Positions 51,001-64,000 of a DNA stretch of 64,000 nucleotides are shown one piece after another. Origin of the DNA: Nemertoderma westbladi (lineage: Eukaryota; Animalia; Xenacoelomorpha); the NCBI GenBank assembly GCA_032718475.1, contig JAUCBJ010000700.1, positions 1 through 64,000 of the forward strand, given 5' to 3'. The notes beneath the pieces are model-generated. The model was not told the DNA's origin. It saw only the letters and a program-made list of their open reading frames with translations, and ran no database searches. Positions within the stretch are counted from its first letter, which is position 1. Every line of letters starts with the position of its first letter. Position numbers and translations under genes: made by a program.

Positions 51001-52959
51001 CTCGACTACCGAAGCGGGAGCCGCCAACGTAGTAGCGGGCAGACGAGAGACGACGGGCGATAAATTCTTGATGTCTTGCTCGGCGTCCAGGACGGGTTCG
51101 GACTCGGGAACAGTCCTACTGGGCACAGGTAGTTTAGTACTGTGCAAAGGGAATTTAGAGGTAGGTTCTGGGAGTACAGGTGTCTCTATCACCGAAGGGG
51201 TGGCTTCGAGAACAGGCCTAATTATTTCAGGCTCATCTACTATAGTAGGGAGTCTTTCTATTTTAATTATTTGGTCTGTGGGTTCTATACTACCTAAGTC
51301 TGTGTTAGTTAGTTGCCTTCTAACAGCTGGGGGCAAATCAGGCAATTTCTGACGGTGGGACATTCTTCTACGCCTACTTAGACGAGATCTATTTCCTCCG
51401 CCTTCAGGATCGGTGGTATCGCCTTCATCAGAGGATGTAAATCCCTGTCTTTTGGGAGTAGATCGACTCATCATCTGCATTTGACTAGCTGTTAACTGTT
51501 TATTTATGCAGTCTTGATTCTCTTGAATATTTTCCAACTCTAGTTGGGTGGTCTCTTCAGATGCTCTTCGTTCTGCTTCTGCCACTGCTCGCTTTCTTTC
51601 CGCTTCTGCCGCTTTTCTTTCCGCTTCTGCCGCTGCCGCTTTTGCCTCTGCCGCTGCCTCTGCCGCTTTTCTTTCCGCTTCTGCCACTGCCGCTTTTGCC
51701 TCTGCCGCTGCCTCTGCCGCTTTTCTTTCCACTTCTGCCACTTTTCTTTCTGCTTCTGCCGCTGCCACTGCCGCTGCTGCTGTCTTTCTGTCTTCTATAC
51801 GTTTTTTCTTGACTTGTTCTTCTTGGACCCTAGCGATGCGGAGCCTTTCATCAAATTTAGCTTGGTTCGCAGCTATCATATCCGCATCGATTGCGTCCAA
51901 CACAAGCTTGGCTCCTTCACTATTAGGGCGAAGTCCAGACAGCCGTCTCCTCAACTCTTCGTCACCTACAAATCGTTGATTGTCTGACAGATAGATGTCA
52001 ATAGCATCCCTCTTATGTGGTTTTTCTGCTGTCACTTCACTTTCCACTTGGGAAAAGGTAGCGTCTGTTGGTTCTCCATGGGTTGAGCGCTCAGCCAACT
52101 GAGATTTCTACGGGGCAGTTCCTTGAACTTTGAGACTCACCCGCTGAAACCAAGTCTTTACGGCAACTTGCAACGACGTGTCTTGTCTTCTTTTCGAAGC
52201 CTCCTCAAAGGCCGATAAGATTAGTCTGATTCTTAGAATTCTTTCTCTAACTTGATAAAGCAGCTCTCCCTGCTCTTGAGGTCCTTGTGGTTGTCGAAAC
52301 AGTTGTTCCTCTAATCGCTCCATAGAGCTGAAGAATCCCTGTACGTATCCTGCTGCTGACCTCTTCCACACAGCTGGATCGCTGGTTTCTTTTGTCACTC
52401 CCATCCTGTGTATGTCTTTCCAGGCAGCTTCCGATAAGTCAAACGGGAGTCTGGGTCCGGGGAAGTTCCATTGCGACTCGACAATAGACTTCAGTTCTTC
52501 CCTTGTGTATCCCGCATAACTATCCTTGGTCGATCGCTTACTTCTCGCCCAATCAATCTGGTGTTCCTCCACCGCAATCAATACCCTAGTGAGTACGGCT
52601 GTAGGAAGGATGAGAAGGGGATCCGAATAAACCGCATCTGCCATCTTTGCTCCGCACTCGGGTGTCAGCTCTACAGTATCCGCACTACTGGAGCTGTCGG
52701 GCCGCTGAGAAATAAGTTCTCGGCTCGAGTGTTGCTGCTGTTCTGCTGCTTCTTGGTCCCGCTTGACCTGAGCTCGAGTGCCTATGATAGACCTACGGTG
52801 TTGGACTAGCCTAGGATCTGATACTACTACTGGAGGGATGATCTTTCTTACAGTAGGAGGTGAGTTGAACTTCGGTCTCACACGTTCCACACTCCTGTCT
52901 GGGTCACAGATGGTTGTATCTAGGAGACTGTCTGACAGGTTTTGCTTTGTGTCAGACAT
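45051..52959 (-). pseudogene. Gag-Pol of element B, broken into five frames, with a deletion in the integrase C-terminal region
   Basis: ORFs 52108-52959, 50530-52098, 48552-50528, 47902-48555 and 45051-48062 align consecutively to the A polyprotein. AGDM is fused to TLPTTTS, so A ~14105-14335 is missing. Confidence 0.95.
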
Positions 52960-53130
52960 GTTTGTTTATACAGTTGAATGCCTACTGTTATATTACAGTT
53001 TAAGCAAGTCTAGTAATTCAGTATCACCGTTAGCCTAGTAATTAATTACCGATACTGTTACTCAGTAACGTGATATATATACAATATATTAGTATATATA
53101 TAAGTATTATTACAGACTAGGTTTGTCACA

Positions 53131-53445
53131 GAATACCGGTATATAATTTCAGCACAAATATATAAATATATAATAAGCCTATCGTGAATACCGGTATACA
53201 GCTTACACTTATAGTATATATAAGTATAATTATGGACTAGAATTAATTACAGAATACCGGTATATAATTTCAGCACAAATATATAGAAATATATAATAGG
53301 CCTATCGTGAATACCGGTATACAGCTTACACTTATAGTATATAAGTATAATTATAGACTAGAATTAATTACAGAATACCGGTATATAATGTCAGCACAAA
53401 TATATAGAAATATATAATAGGCCTATCACAAATACCGGTATGTCA
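53131..53445. repeat. ~121-bp tandem repeat (2.6 copies) in the leader of B
   Basis: GAATACCGGTATATAAT.TCAGCACAAATA at ~53131, 53252 and 53372. A homologous repeat is in A at ~5930-6180. Confidence 0.8.
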
Positions 53446-54879
53446 ATTATTTTAGAATAATTGAATTTCTGAATTTTAGGGGTTACTTGTTTACTTTACT
53501 TTACTTGATTACCGTTATTTAAGCAGTAGTCCAACTGACATTAAGACCTAATTGATGTATGACAGGCCTACTATTTTATAAATCGGTTTGAGTTGATTTA
53601 TAATATATGTGTACCCGTTTAATGGGTTTTGTCAATATTTGAAATAAATGTTATTATTTCTGGGAAGGAGTCACTACACAGAAGCTGTGCGCTCTCAGTG
53701 AAGTGCTACTTGTTGGACACTAAAACAAATAATTCTAATTTACCTAAGTTACTTAATACTACAAATTTCGTACAATTCGGGGTGAGATTACAATCTCTAA
53801 ATAAACACAAAAATTACACGTACGAATTTTTAGGGTAATTTTACAAGAAGTCTACAAACCAGCCTAACAAAGGGTTAGAATATCTGGTTATTACAAACAG
53901 ACAGGATACTACGGTATTTGAAAATAACAAAGCAGTAGTAAATATACTGCGTTGTCCAGATAGGAAAAATACCACCGTCTGACAACTTATAGCCGTAGCG
54001 CTATAAGTACTACGTTATGTTTCACGGAGTGTTCCTACCTAGAAGTTAATTACCGCGGTCTACCAGAACCAATGTGCCTATTAACCATTTTACAACACAA
54101 ATATACTGCCTACACACTAATTACCTTCGGAAAGTATTGTACACTAAACCCTAAATTAGGTACAAGTACTTATACAACAAATAATCAGCAGTTAGAAATG
54201 CTTGTACAGCTAAAAGAACCACGGTATCTGCTGGAGTGACTGGGGCACAAAATCACCAGTCTTTACCTACGCCAAGCAGCCCTGATGTAGTACCGGGGTT
54301 AATTTAACTATAACGGTATGTACAACAAGCACAATTACTGTAGGAATAAACTTGGGGATATGAATGTTGCGAATAATCGCATAAACTCTGAATAATAAAT
54401 ATTACGCTACGCGTACAGACTACTCAAACAAAATACAGACCAAACGCTGGCAGACTACTATCAAGCCTAAACAAACTACAGTATATGCAGACTCCGAAAT
54501 GGTTAGTTAGTATGCGTTCTAGCCGAGTAGTACGACTTATTCTTTCAGGGGGATTTACCTCACAGCACTGGAAGCCCCTACGTTCCTAACTAGTACTTTA
54601 TCGGACATACACTCTACACACACCGCAATCTCTTCAGACCTAACAACAGCCAGACAACAATCCAGCCTACAAATTATCTAAATAAGAAATATTACGCTAC
54701 CCATACAGACTACACATACAAAATACAGACCAAACGCTGGCAGACTACTATCAAGCCTAAACAAACTACAGTATATGCAGACTCCGAAATGGTTAGTTAG
54801 TATGCGTTCTAACCGAGTAGTACGACTTATTCTTTCGAGGGGATTTACCTCACAGCACTGGAAGCTCCTACGTTCCTAA

Positions 54880-57009
54880 CCCTGCAAACAATGTATTGTT
54901 AAAAAGTTGTTATTAAAATGTTATTTAATGACATAGATAACATTATTTCAAATTGTTAGATTAATGATAAAAAAACTGTAAATTGGCCAAGAAATATGAC
55001 GTTATATACTAACGTTATTATTTCGTTTTTAATAACATTAAAATAACAAAGCCAGGATGGTTACATATATCATTACTTTTATGTTATTCCTTATCATTAT
55101 TATTGTATTTTTATTGACATTAAAATAACAACAGCATAATGTTTATTTAGATCGTTACTTTTATGTTATTTCTTAACATAAAAATATTGTTTGCTAAAAA
55201 CGTAACATTATACGTGCATTTAAGCCCTTCTCTCATGTTTTATGGTTGGTTCGCTTGCTCAAACTAATAATCCCCCTCCATTGCCGTTCTTTATATCGTT
55301 CTTTATAATTGCCAAACCCTTTATTGAATAATTAATTAATAATTTCCCTACGCATGTTGATATGGTAGTGGCAGGCTACAATCTCTAACACAGTTTGATT
55401 GAATACAATTAATATCAATTAAAACGTATAACATGAATTGAATTTTTTGTATAATAATGACCAGTCAGGAACAAATAATGAAATAAACAGCAAAATCAAA
55501 GTAAAATATCACAGAATAAGTAAACAACAAATATATGGTTGTATGGCCCATTACGTAAATGGTTTTGATATTTCGGTTAAAATTAATCACAGACTTAAAA
55601 AGAATATGTTTATGACGTAATAATAAGTGACAACAACGTAATGAATTGCATCAATTAAAATACTTTGAGTTAATATTATTCACTAGATTTATAGATCTGA
55701 TTTGTAGTCTATATAAAATAATGTACATATAGTGGGTTTAATAAATAATACCTCACAACAATGTTAAATTATTAAAAGGAGCAGGTTACAGTTGGCTACA
55801 GAGGCACATTATTATATCCTACGGGTAAACAAAAAAAAACAGGTTACAGATTTATTTCTGGGAGAGTAATCAGTACGTATTTGAATCGATATCTCCCTGG
55901 AGAGGGATGATTTTTATTGCATCGCAAATCCTCCCTATCTGAACAAATCATATTTAAAAAATTAAATGTTAATTATAATTATAGCTGAGTGAGCTTCATT
56001 TATTAAACTGTAAAAATAAATCAATAGGCCTAGGCCCTACAAAAGTACAATCTAAAAACTGAAACAATAAATAGTTTGTAATAACAGTAAATGTGAAGTT
56101 TTCAAATCGAAATCGAATCGAAAGTTTTGTAGTAATGCTGTCCCTGTGCCCTGCCCCTTCAACTGAAAACTGGGACCTCCCAATAATAAGAATTCCAATC
56201 TTTAGTCCTCGGCTGTTGAAGTCCACCATCAATACAGACAAATAAGTCAATCCTCCACCTGTCAATGCTGGTTTAAGGGGACTTCCTGGTCCTGGCAGAC
56301 TTGAATTCTGTAATTGGTAGGTCTAATGCAGTAATTTGTAAATCCAGAGGGTAAAGGCGAACTCGCATTCAGGTAGATATGTTTTATTTATGAGTTCAGG
56401 TTAAATAAATCACAAAACCAAAACTATAAAACCAAAAATATAAGCTACTGTACAGTGCAGTAGGCCTGCAGTAACTACACTACAGTAATATAGAGATAGG
56501 CCTTGCAGTACAGCAGTATAACAATACATGTACGCAATACTGCAATAAACATTGAATACAGGCATACCAGAATGAGAGTACCGTATTGTACAATATACCA
56601 CTATGGTATGATACCATTTACATGTGGAAAATTCCTCCATTACCGCGAATTTTAAAATTAGCCAATCATCAATCTCAGATTAGATAATAGAAGTGACAGC
56701 GTCTATCGCATAATGTTTATTTTATGTGACAAAATAACATTGTTCTGATATGTAACAAACCATGTTCGTAAAATGTTAGAACTAAACACTTATAAAACAT
56801 TTTTGACTAATGCTTATGTTCTCACACTAAAATTACGTTTTTATAACATCAACAGTTCTCATTTATTTAATGTCTGACAAAGACATTATAGAGTAATGTT
56901 AAAATAACATATATTGAACATCTAAATATTCTATCAAACAAGGGAATAACATTTATAACAAATTAATGATGTTTTTCTGACATTCCTTGAAAGTAAATTG
57001 TTTGCAGGG
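54880..57009. mobile_element. Non-autonomous CMC/EnSpm-like DNA element (2130 bp) inserted in the leader repeat of B
   Basis: TIR CCCTGCAAACAAT / ATTGTTTGCAGGG with a 2-bp TSD AA. The empty site CGTTCCTAACTAGTAC is visible in neighbouring repeat units. Subterminal AACATT/AATGTT repeats. Confidence 0.85.
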
Positions 57010-57728
57010 AACTAGTACTTTATCGGACATACACTCTACACACACCGCAATCTCTTCAGACCTAACAATAGCCAGACAACAATCCAGCCTACAAATTATC
57101 TAAATAAGAAATATTACGCTACCCATACAGACTACACATACAAAATACAGACCAAACGCTGGCAGACTACTATCAAGCCTAAACAAACTACAGTATATGC
57201 AGACTCCGAAATGGTTAGTTAGTATGCGTTCTAACCGAGTAGTACGACTTATTCTTTCGAGGGGATTTACCTCACAGCACTGGAAGCCCCTACGTTCCTA
57301 ACTAGTACTTTATCGGACATACACTCTACACACACTACAATCTCTTCAGACTTAACAACAGTCAGACAACAGTCCAGCCTACACATTATCTGTACAATCT
57401 GAGCAGGCTTACACGTCTTCTGCTCAATATTAGCCTACAAATAAATAAAACTGACAGAAATAAGTAAACCATACAAAGGAATAAGGGGTGATCAATCCCT
57501 AATCCCCTAACAGCCTACAATATACAATATATCACAATCGAAATAATACTGCTGTACCTGTACTGCTGTAAGTACCGGTTCGGGTGGTTAGGTAGTTAGG
57601 CCTACTGGGTACCGGTTGACCGGTACTTCAGCTTTATTGCCTACTGCAATACAGAAGCAATAACTGTTATTATTCTTACCAGAACAATAGACAACTATAT
57701 TTATTGCCTACACTGCAATCAGAAGTTC

Positions 57729-57739
57729 ATAACTGTTAT
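57729..57739 (-). promoter_or_regulatory. Non-tRNA primer-binding site (putative self-priming PBS) of element B
   Basis: Element-strand ATAACAGTTAT directly follows the 5' LTR and is the exact complement of ATAACTGTTAT in the LTR (58480-58490). Confidence 0.75.
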
Positions 57740-58919
57740 TGTTCGCGCTTTCAGACCTTTAGCAGTTTAACCTGCCAAATTTAGGTGTCTTCTAGATTAT
57801 AAATCGACTTTAGCCTATGACGAGTATTTGATACACTACATTAGCCGAAGCCAGTCTATGCGCGACCATTCACCCGCTGGATATACCCGGGAGACTGGAT
57901 TCGGAAGCTTTGACCTTATTGCGGTGTAGGCCTACGGTATTATTCGATTGATTGTTAATATATAATCTCTGACAAATATTATTCACTTTCGGGAAATATT
58001 AACAGTTCCTTTAGGACGTGGCGCTCTAAATATGTAAACAGAGTTATGACTTACACTAGACACAACGGGATGGCTATTGATTCATGTATAAAGCGCATTC
58101 TTTAGGAGATGCTTTGTTATCTGTCACAATCATGCACACTACCGCACAATGCTACACACCGATCTGCCGACCTTCACTAATTTTAGTCACATATAAAGAG
58201 AACAGCAACCGACACATGTAGTGCCTATGAAATAGCATTAGATTCACTCCAAAACCAATATAATGTAAGTCGCAATTGTTATATTTAACCGGTCTCTTAC
58301 CTTCAGTATATCAAGAAGATTGGGGGTTTTATGATTATTTATCGATATTATCCAAATATAATAATATTCCATCAACTGATATAATTAATAACCGACAGTG
58401 AATAGCAGTAAAAATGCGGTGTTTGTAGTTGACAATATGATTTGCATTGATATGCAGTGTGTTGAGTTGATATGGTTTGATAACAGTTATACGTTTCTAT
58501 GACCAAAGCCTACTAATGTTTGGCTAAAGCCTGAAACACAGAAATTCCAAAGCCGGTCTTCTGGCTGTGGACAAAATACACATACTGACTGAATTGCATG
58601 AGTTTCTGTATACAATCTCCAACACAGTGAAAACCGCTCTGATTGGTCGACCGAACAAAGAACGAACAAAGAACAAAGAAAAGTTACACGTGGACACAGC
58701 TGATAGATGTCGTCATCGGAGTTCCGATGTTTAGAGTATTTGGCTTATTGCGACATAAAATCGCTAGTTATGTCCGCTAAAGTACACATACAGAAAAAAT
58801 GGCTTTTTATGTCCACTAAAACACCGGTACAGTAAGGAAACGGCTTTTTATGTCCGTTAAAACAACTACAGAGTACTTTGCGGGGAAAATAACCAGCTAA
58901 TTCCGCAAAAGCCTTTACA
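57740..58919 (-). repeat. 5' LTR of element B
   Basis: Direct repeat of 40798-41977, with blocks of similarity to the A LTR. Confidence 0.95.
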
Positions 58920-59808
58920 AACAAAATTGTCCCAAATCAGCAAGTCAGTCCCCAGAGTGTGTTTCAGTCGGATCTATAATACCACACCCCTAAAACTATG
59001 ACTATTGTTAACAATCTGTTGTAATTACCGTAAGAAATAAACCTGTTTGTTATCAAGAACGCAACACCTGAAACGGAACTGTTAATACTATCCTGTACAT
59101 GAATATTGTTGTTAGGAATTATATAGCGATAATCAATCGAATGATACCTAAACAAACAGCCCATTTTGGTCAGCCGATATCAGACTCCCTTTGGGTCACA
59201 CACCCCGCTAGCCTGATTTATTTACGATGCAACGATAATAAAAATTGATGATGAAAATTAGCGACGTCTTAAAAGCGCGAACAAAAATTAATGAAACAAT
59301 GTTAGATGAATGAAACTATATAACAAATAACAGTATAATAAAGTAATGCATACAGTAGATCTGCAGGGAACATTGCAGCAAAATAATGTTGTTTATCCCT
59401 AATTTACATTATATACCCAACACCCAGCTGACTGGTTGTATACAAAGTTGAAATCCGCTACTGTAAATTGTTCGATATGCGCTGATTATTGCTCACCGAT
59501 ACACCCGGTTGGTTACCTTCGAACCACTGCCGTTAGATTAATTCACTAAATTTTAAAAATTTTAGTGAGAAAAAAAGGGGATTTTTCAAATAAATACTAT
59601 TTTATTCAAAATGAAAATATTTTGTAACTCTGCTGTAGCTGGAAGAGATTGAACGTAATTATAATTAAATATAATATTATTGTTGTTTGGGTGGGAATTA
59701 TATTTCGGCAGCGTAGGGAGAGTGTAAATTAATTGGACGTAACTTATAAAGTTAGGCCCCTTCCCTTAGTAATTTTTACAAATTTATTTACTCATTTAAT
59801 AAGTACAA

Positions 59809-61654
59809 TGGGGTAGACGACTCGGAAAATTTTTTTCGAGTTTTCGTTGGTTACATGTGAAAGAGCATGTGAAAAAACCCCAGAGAGCAATTTTACTTAA
59901 AAAAAATTAATATTGGCCGAGTTATAGCGATTTTAAAACGCAAAATTAGCAACATCGAAAAATCAGGCCGTTTTAGAAAACTGCACTAGTGACGTCACTA
60001 GTGCAGCAGTAAATGTTCATTGGTTACTATACAATATAAATCTCTTGGTAACTAAAATAAATTGTGTAGCTAATATTTATTTAGTGTGTTTTTGTGTTGT
60101 GTTAAGAATACATTATTTGATATCTTAATGTGGAAATTGATTCATAACAAGTTAATTATTCCAGAATAATAATTATTTTTCCCAAACTATACAGTGGTTA
60201 GCTATAAAAATAAAACATATTTTGTAGCTAAAACTGCCAGGTGGTAGAAATCCAGTAGCTTATTGATGTTTTATTCAGCTTCAAAACTTAGATTACGGAT
60301 TCGGATACGGATTGTGGATTCGCACTTTTTCGATCGCAATTATTTTTATACAAGTTAAATTATTGAATTCCAAAAAGCATTGATAGTTAGTCCATGTAGC
60401 TGTAATGGATGACGTAGTATCTTCAGCTGCCATTAATCAGAATTTAGTTGAACTATAACTACTGTATAATTTACATTTTTTAATTATCTACTTTTTCACA
60501 ATTTTGGGAAATATATATTCCTTCCAGAAGCTACGACTACTTTTCAGTAAAGTTTGCATGTATATGGAATCATATGATACTTCAACTATTTTCACTTCGC
60601 CATTTATTTCAAAAGATGGATCTGCGACGCTAAACAAGGCCCATTGTTTATTGCAAAGATGTATTTGAAGTTGGATTTGTTACATGAATTTAGCGCTTAC
60701 GATATTCGATTGTGTAAGATAAGATTTTTGAATGGCATGTTTTGATGTTGGACATTTTACTTCTACCATATGCGTTGGTGTAATGGCATCTGAAATGGCA
60801 TCAAAAAATAAAATTTTGTGGTATTTTATAAAAACACTAGCTACAATATTAAAACAGTACATACCATTGAAAACAATAGCTACCACAAACATTTGTTTTC
60901 ATTTTCTTTAAAACATTTTGTTTCACATGTAACAAGCCAAAATATGTCAAGAACATAAACCAATAGCCCAAAACATTATGTTTTGGTATTTTTTGGTATT
61001 TTGATATTTTTGGATGTCAAACCAAAAACAGCTATTATGAAAGGCAGAGAATAATGGTGACACAGGCAACACTAGTACCAGTACAGTAACACTTTACAGT
61101 GAACTGACAAAAAATCTAAATAATTTCCATCTAGTGCTAATCTACCCATCCCGCATTGTTCGCTGTAAAAACAATAAAAAAATAGATTAATGAAACGCCT
61201 GGCAGTATTTAGCTAGCTATATTTGTTTCTAGCTACAGCTATACGGTACAGGTATGGGCGAAATAAATATTATTCTAGAATAATTAACTTGATATGAATA
61301 ATTTGCCTCCATACCGCTATCCTATAATCGATTCTTAACACAACACAAATACACATCCAAATAAATACATAGCTACATTTATTATTTGTTTTATTTTAGA
61401 TACTGCAATATTATACTTTATATTAGCCAATCAACTGCGCTTGACAACTGTTGCTGTGTTATGGCTGACGTCACTCGTGCAGTTTTCTGAAACGGCCTGA
61501 TTTTTCGATGTTGCTAATTTTGCGTTTTAAAATTGCTATAACTCGGCAAATATTAATTTTTTTGAAGTAAAATTGCTCTCTGGGGTTTTTTCACATGCTC
61601 TTTCACATGAAACCAACGAAAACTCGAAAAAAAATTTCCGAGTCGTCTACCCCA
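59809..61654. mobile_element. Non-autonomous long-TIR (foldback) DNA element, possibly Kolobok-type
   Basis: ~190-bp near-perfect TIR starting TGGGGTAGACGACTCGGAAA, with weaker inverted similarity for ~250 bp more. TTAA on the right flank and ACAA on the left, so the superfamily is uncertain. Confidence 0.75.
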
Positions 61655-62328
61655 TTAAGATAAAAAAAAATAATAAATGAATTGTTGTGAGGTGAGTGAT
61701 AAGGTAAGATAAAAAAAACCATCAACAGCTGACTGTAATTACTGTAGGAGAGGACTTACCCAAGGGAGGGAAATTTAAAAGTAGTGCAGTAGCAGCCACT
61801 ACAACTAACGACAGAACGGTTCTGCTGCTCTGTCAGTCTGTCCGCGTTCGCGGCCAGACGATGTACAACATGCTGACATGTCGGCCACAGAACAATGTTC
61901 CGGACGTTTCAGGGCCGATCGGCAACCCCGTAGGCACACCAGCACACAGCAGTGTGTTCATTTTTCTTTGTTTATTCCACATCCACACACTCCGAGCGGT
62001 TATCAGCTACTGTAGTTATAGCAGGACCATTGAACGACTGGTCTGGTACAGTACTACAGTACGTACCGTACACCCAGTACAGATGGCCCACTACTTACTT
62101 TCATTTTACGGATGTATACCAGTGTAAAGGAAGACCTACCCTACAAACCGCTGACAGCGACAGGCAGATGGCCGTGTGCTACGGTATGCCTAATATAGAC
62201 ATACCGCCAGCACCAGTACCTATGTTTAATGCCCAATTACTACTTTAAATATATTATCTTGTACCAGAGAGCAAAGTTAATTGTCTGGTTTATTTAACAA
62301 ACTTGTTAATATAATACTGTAATATGAC

Positions 62329-64000
62329 ATGAATAATTGGAAAAACATATTTTTTGAGGATTTTGAATTAGTCAGCCCGGGTATTACCACAGTAGATTCC
62401 CCTGTCACTCCACGGAAACCGCCCTCTTCCACACCACATAAACCCCGGGTTAATCCAATCATATGGAACCCGACGTCGGCCCAACAAACACGCAGTTACG
62501 ATTGGCCTAATTGGCTTCCGGATGTTGGAGATCTGTCCTGGTCCAGCCAATCACGGGAGGTATCTAGGGAAACAGGCAATGATGGCGATTTCCTGAGTAT
62601 TTATAGTACCGCGGAATCGCCGTCTTTTATTCCGGCAAGCGGAATAATCGAAGGTATTAACAACACGAGTATCACTCCACAAATTATTAATGATCGAACT
62701 CCCGCACAGTTGGAGAATCGACCATCTAAAAAGCGACCCTATTGGTCTCTTGAGGACAGTTTCGTAACTGGTTCGCAAGTTGCAAATGGCAAATCGAAAT
62801 CTAAATCAACAAAAATAGATGGAGACAGCCCCTTGCTAATTACCAGCACTTGGTCATCAACTCAAGACTCAGAACTATCGTCTGATATTGCCGATGAAAC
62901 TGTTGTCGACGTTAATTCTGCGGACAGCGAAGATATCGCGGTATCGTTCCAGGATAGCCCGTTCACCAGAGTCGCCCGTCTGTGGGACCAATTCGATGAA
63001 GGAAGAGATCTGGAGGAGGATGAGTCGGGAGACTATGAGATAAATATAGAGAACGAAGATGTTGAGGACGTCATAGGAGAGCTACGAGACGGTCGAATAG
63101 TCCGGCGTGGTTTACTGGGGTCCCAGCCCGTGGTACCGGTACCTCTCGTCTGCCACCAACCGACTCCCCTCACACAGCTGATAGAGTCCTTATCTAGCGA
63201 TGCCAACCACTCAGAATACGCCGATCAGACTCCGCAATCCGACGACGACGTTATAATCAGTCCGACTCCGACGCAAACCTCCACGAGTGGTCCGGTCGCC
63301 GACGGATCCGATATAATCATAAACTCGCCGGAAGGTGCCACCGTGATCCAGAGCGAGGGATCCCCGACCTTAGCCTATAGGGATCGCAGTCGGACCTCTA
63401 CGAAGAAAGCGAACCCGCTGGTTACGGGGGGACTGGCGGAACGGGCGAGACGACTGGAGCTGCGGAGTCGGAGTTCCGTGGCGTTCCGGTCGTTTCGTCC
63501 CGCGGACCCGGAACCGCCTCGACTCGTCGTCCTCACCGTTACGCGGTGCCACGTTGAGTGTGGCCTCGAGGTGGTCGAGTGTCGCCTACACTCCGGCGTC
63601 GTCTGCTGCCATGGCGACACCCCGGTATCTAGGGTCGCGCTGATGTTCCCTGTGGACGAATCGACTCCACTGCGGCTTCCCGAGGGCTCCCAACTAGCGG
63701 TCGACGAACCCTGGCAGGTTTTTCGACCGGAAGTTTCCGGGATTCCGGTTCTCCTCGCTCGGAACGTCCAGCTCATTAGTTCACCGTCGTTGCAACGCGT
63801 TCCCATAGTTACCATGGACTCCCCAGCCTTCATTGGTCCGCCTACGGGCTGGGAGACCCGCGCGTTACGCAGACTAATAGAACTCTACCCCAGCCACTAT
63901 GTCGCTAAAAAGATTGTGCGCCATCTATCGGCAACATCTAGTACCGCAGAATGCGATTCGACTACCAAAACTGTTCCAGAATTAAATAAAAAAACAAACA
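62329..64000 (+). CDS. SPIDR: SPIDR-like DNA repair scaffolding protein, 5' part (runs off the window)
   Basis: Hand translation gives a frame open from ATG 62329 to the window end (~557 codons). An acidic Ser-rich N-terminus is followed by GGLAERARRLELRSRSSVAF...CHVECGLEVVEC...AVDEPWQVF...IPVLL, which resembles the DUF4502 block of SPIDR as I recall it (GGLAERLNGLQNRERSAISLW...PPWQKL...PVIL). Confidence 0.72.
   Translation, partial: MNNWKNIFFEDFELVSPGITTVDSPVTPRKPPSSTPHKPRVNPIIWNPTSAQQTRSYDWPNWLPDVGDLSWSSQSREVSRETGNDGDFLSIYSTAESPSFIPASGIIEGINNTSITPQIINDRTPAQLENRPSKKRPYWSLEDSFVTGSQVANGKSKSKSTKIDGDSPLLITSTWSSTQDSELSSDIADETVVDVNSADSEDIAVSFQDSPFTRVARLWDQFDEGRDLEEDESGDYEINIENEDVEDVIGELRDGRIVRRGLLGSQPVVPVPLVCHQPTPLTQLIESLSSDANHSEYADQTPQSDDDVIISPTPTQTSTSGPVADGSDIIINSPEGATVIQSEGSPTLAYRDRSRTSTKKANPLVTGGLAERARRLELRSRSSVAFRSFRPADPEPPRLVVLTVTRCHVECGLEVVECRLHSGVVCCHGDTPVSRVALMFPVDESTPLRLPEGSQLAVDEPWQVFRPEVSGIPVLLARNVQLISSPSLQRVPIVTMDSPAFIGPPTGWETRALRRLIELYPSHYVAKKIVRHLSATSSTAECDSTTKTVPELNKKTN

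Larger units (their letters stand above)
40798..58919 (-). mobile_element. Bel/Pao LTR retrotransposon, element B (18,122 bp including a 2.1-kb nested insertion); relative of A
   Basis: 1180-bp TG...CA LTRs at 40798-41977 and 57740-58919, with about a dozen differences by eye. TSD AACAA at 40793-40797 and 58920-58924. Same GGGAGCGG purine tract as A and collinear with A. Confidence 0.97.

Overview
AT-rich eukaryotic (probably invertebrate animal) genomic DNA dominated by transposable elements. It holds three complete Bel/Pao LTR retrotransposons with target-site duplications. A (2739-23446, +, 20.7 kb) is nested in an old Tc1/mariner element. C (30587-37534, -, 6.9 kb) is conventional, with a tRNA-Tyr PBS. 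B (40798-58919, -, 18.1 kb) is a diverged relative of A. Host genes are a 3-exon SLC18B1-like MFS transporter (24585-29080) and the 5' part of a SPIDR-like gene (62329 to window end). Several MITEs, a LINE 3' end and a Pol III-type hammerhead ribozyme unit are also present. The top finding is that A and B lack a tRNA primer-binding site. Instead, the 11 nt after the 5' LTR are exactly complementary to an 11-mer inside the LTR, with a compensatory substitution between A and B. This suggests Tf1-style self-primed reverse transcription in a giant Bel/Pao family that also carries an extra Zn-knuckle/NLS ORF preceded by a covarying RNA hairpin. All alignments and structures were made by eye; no database searches were run.
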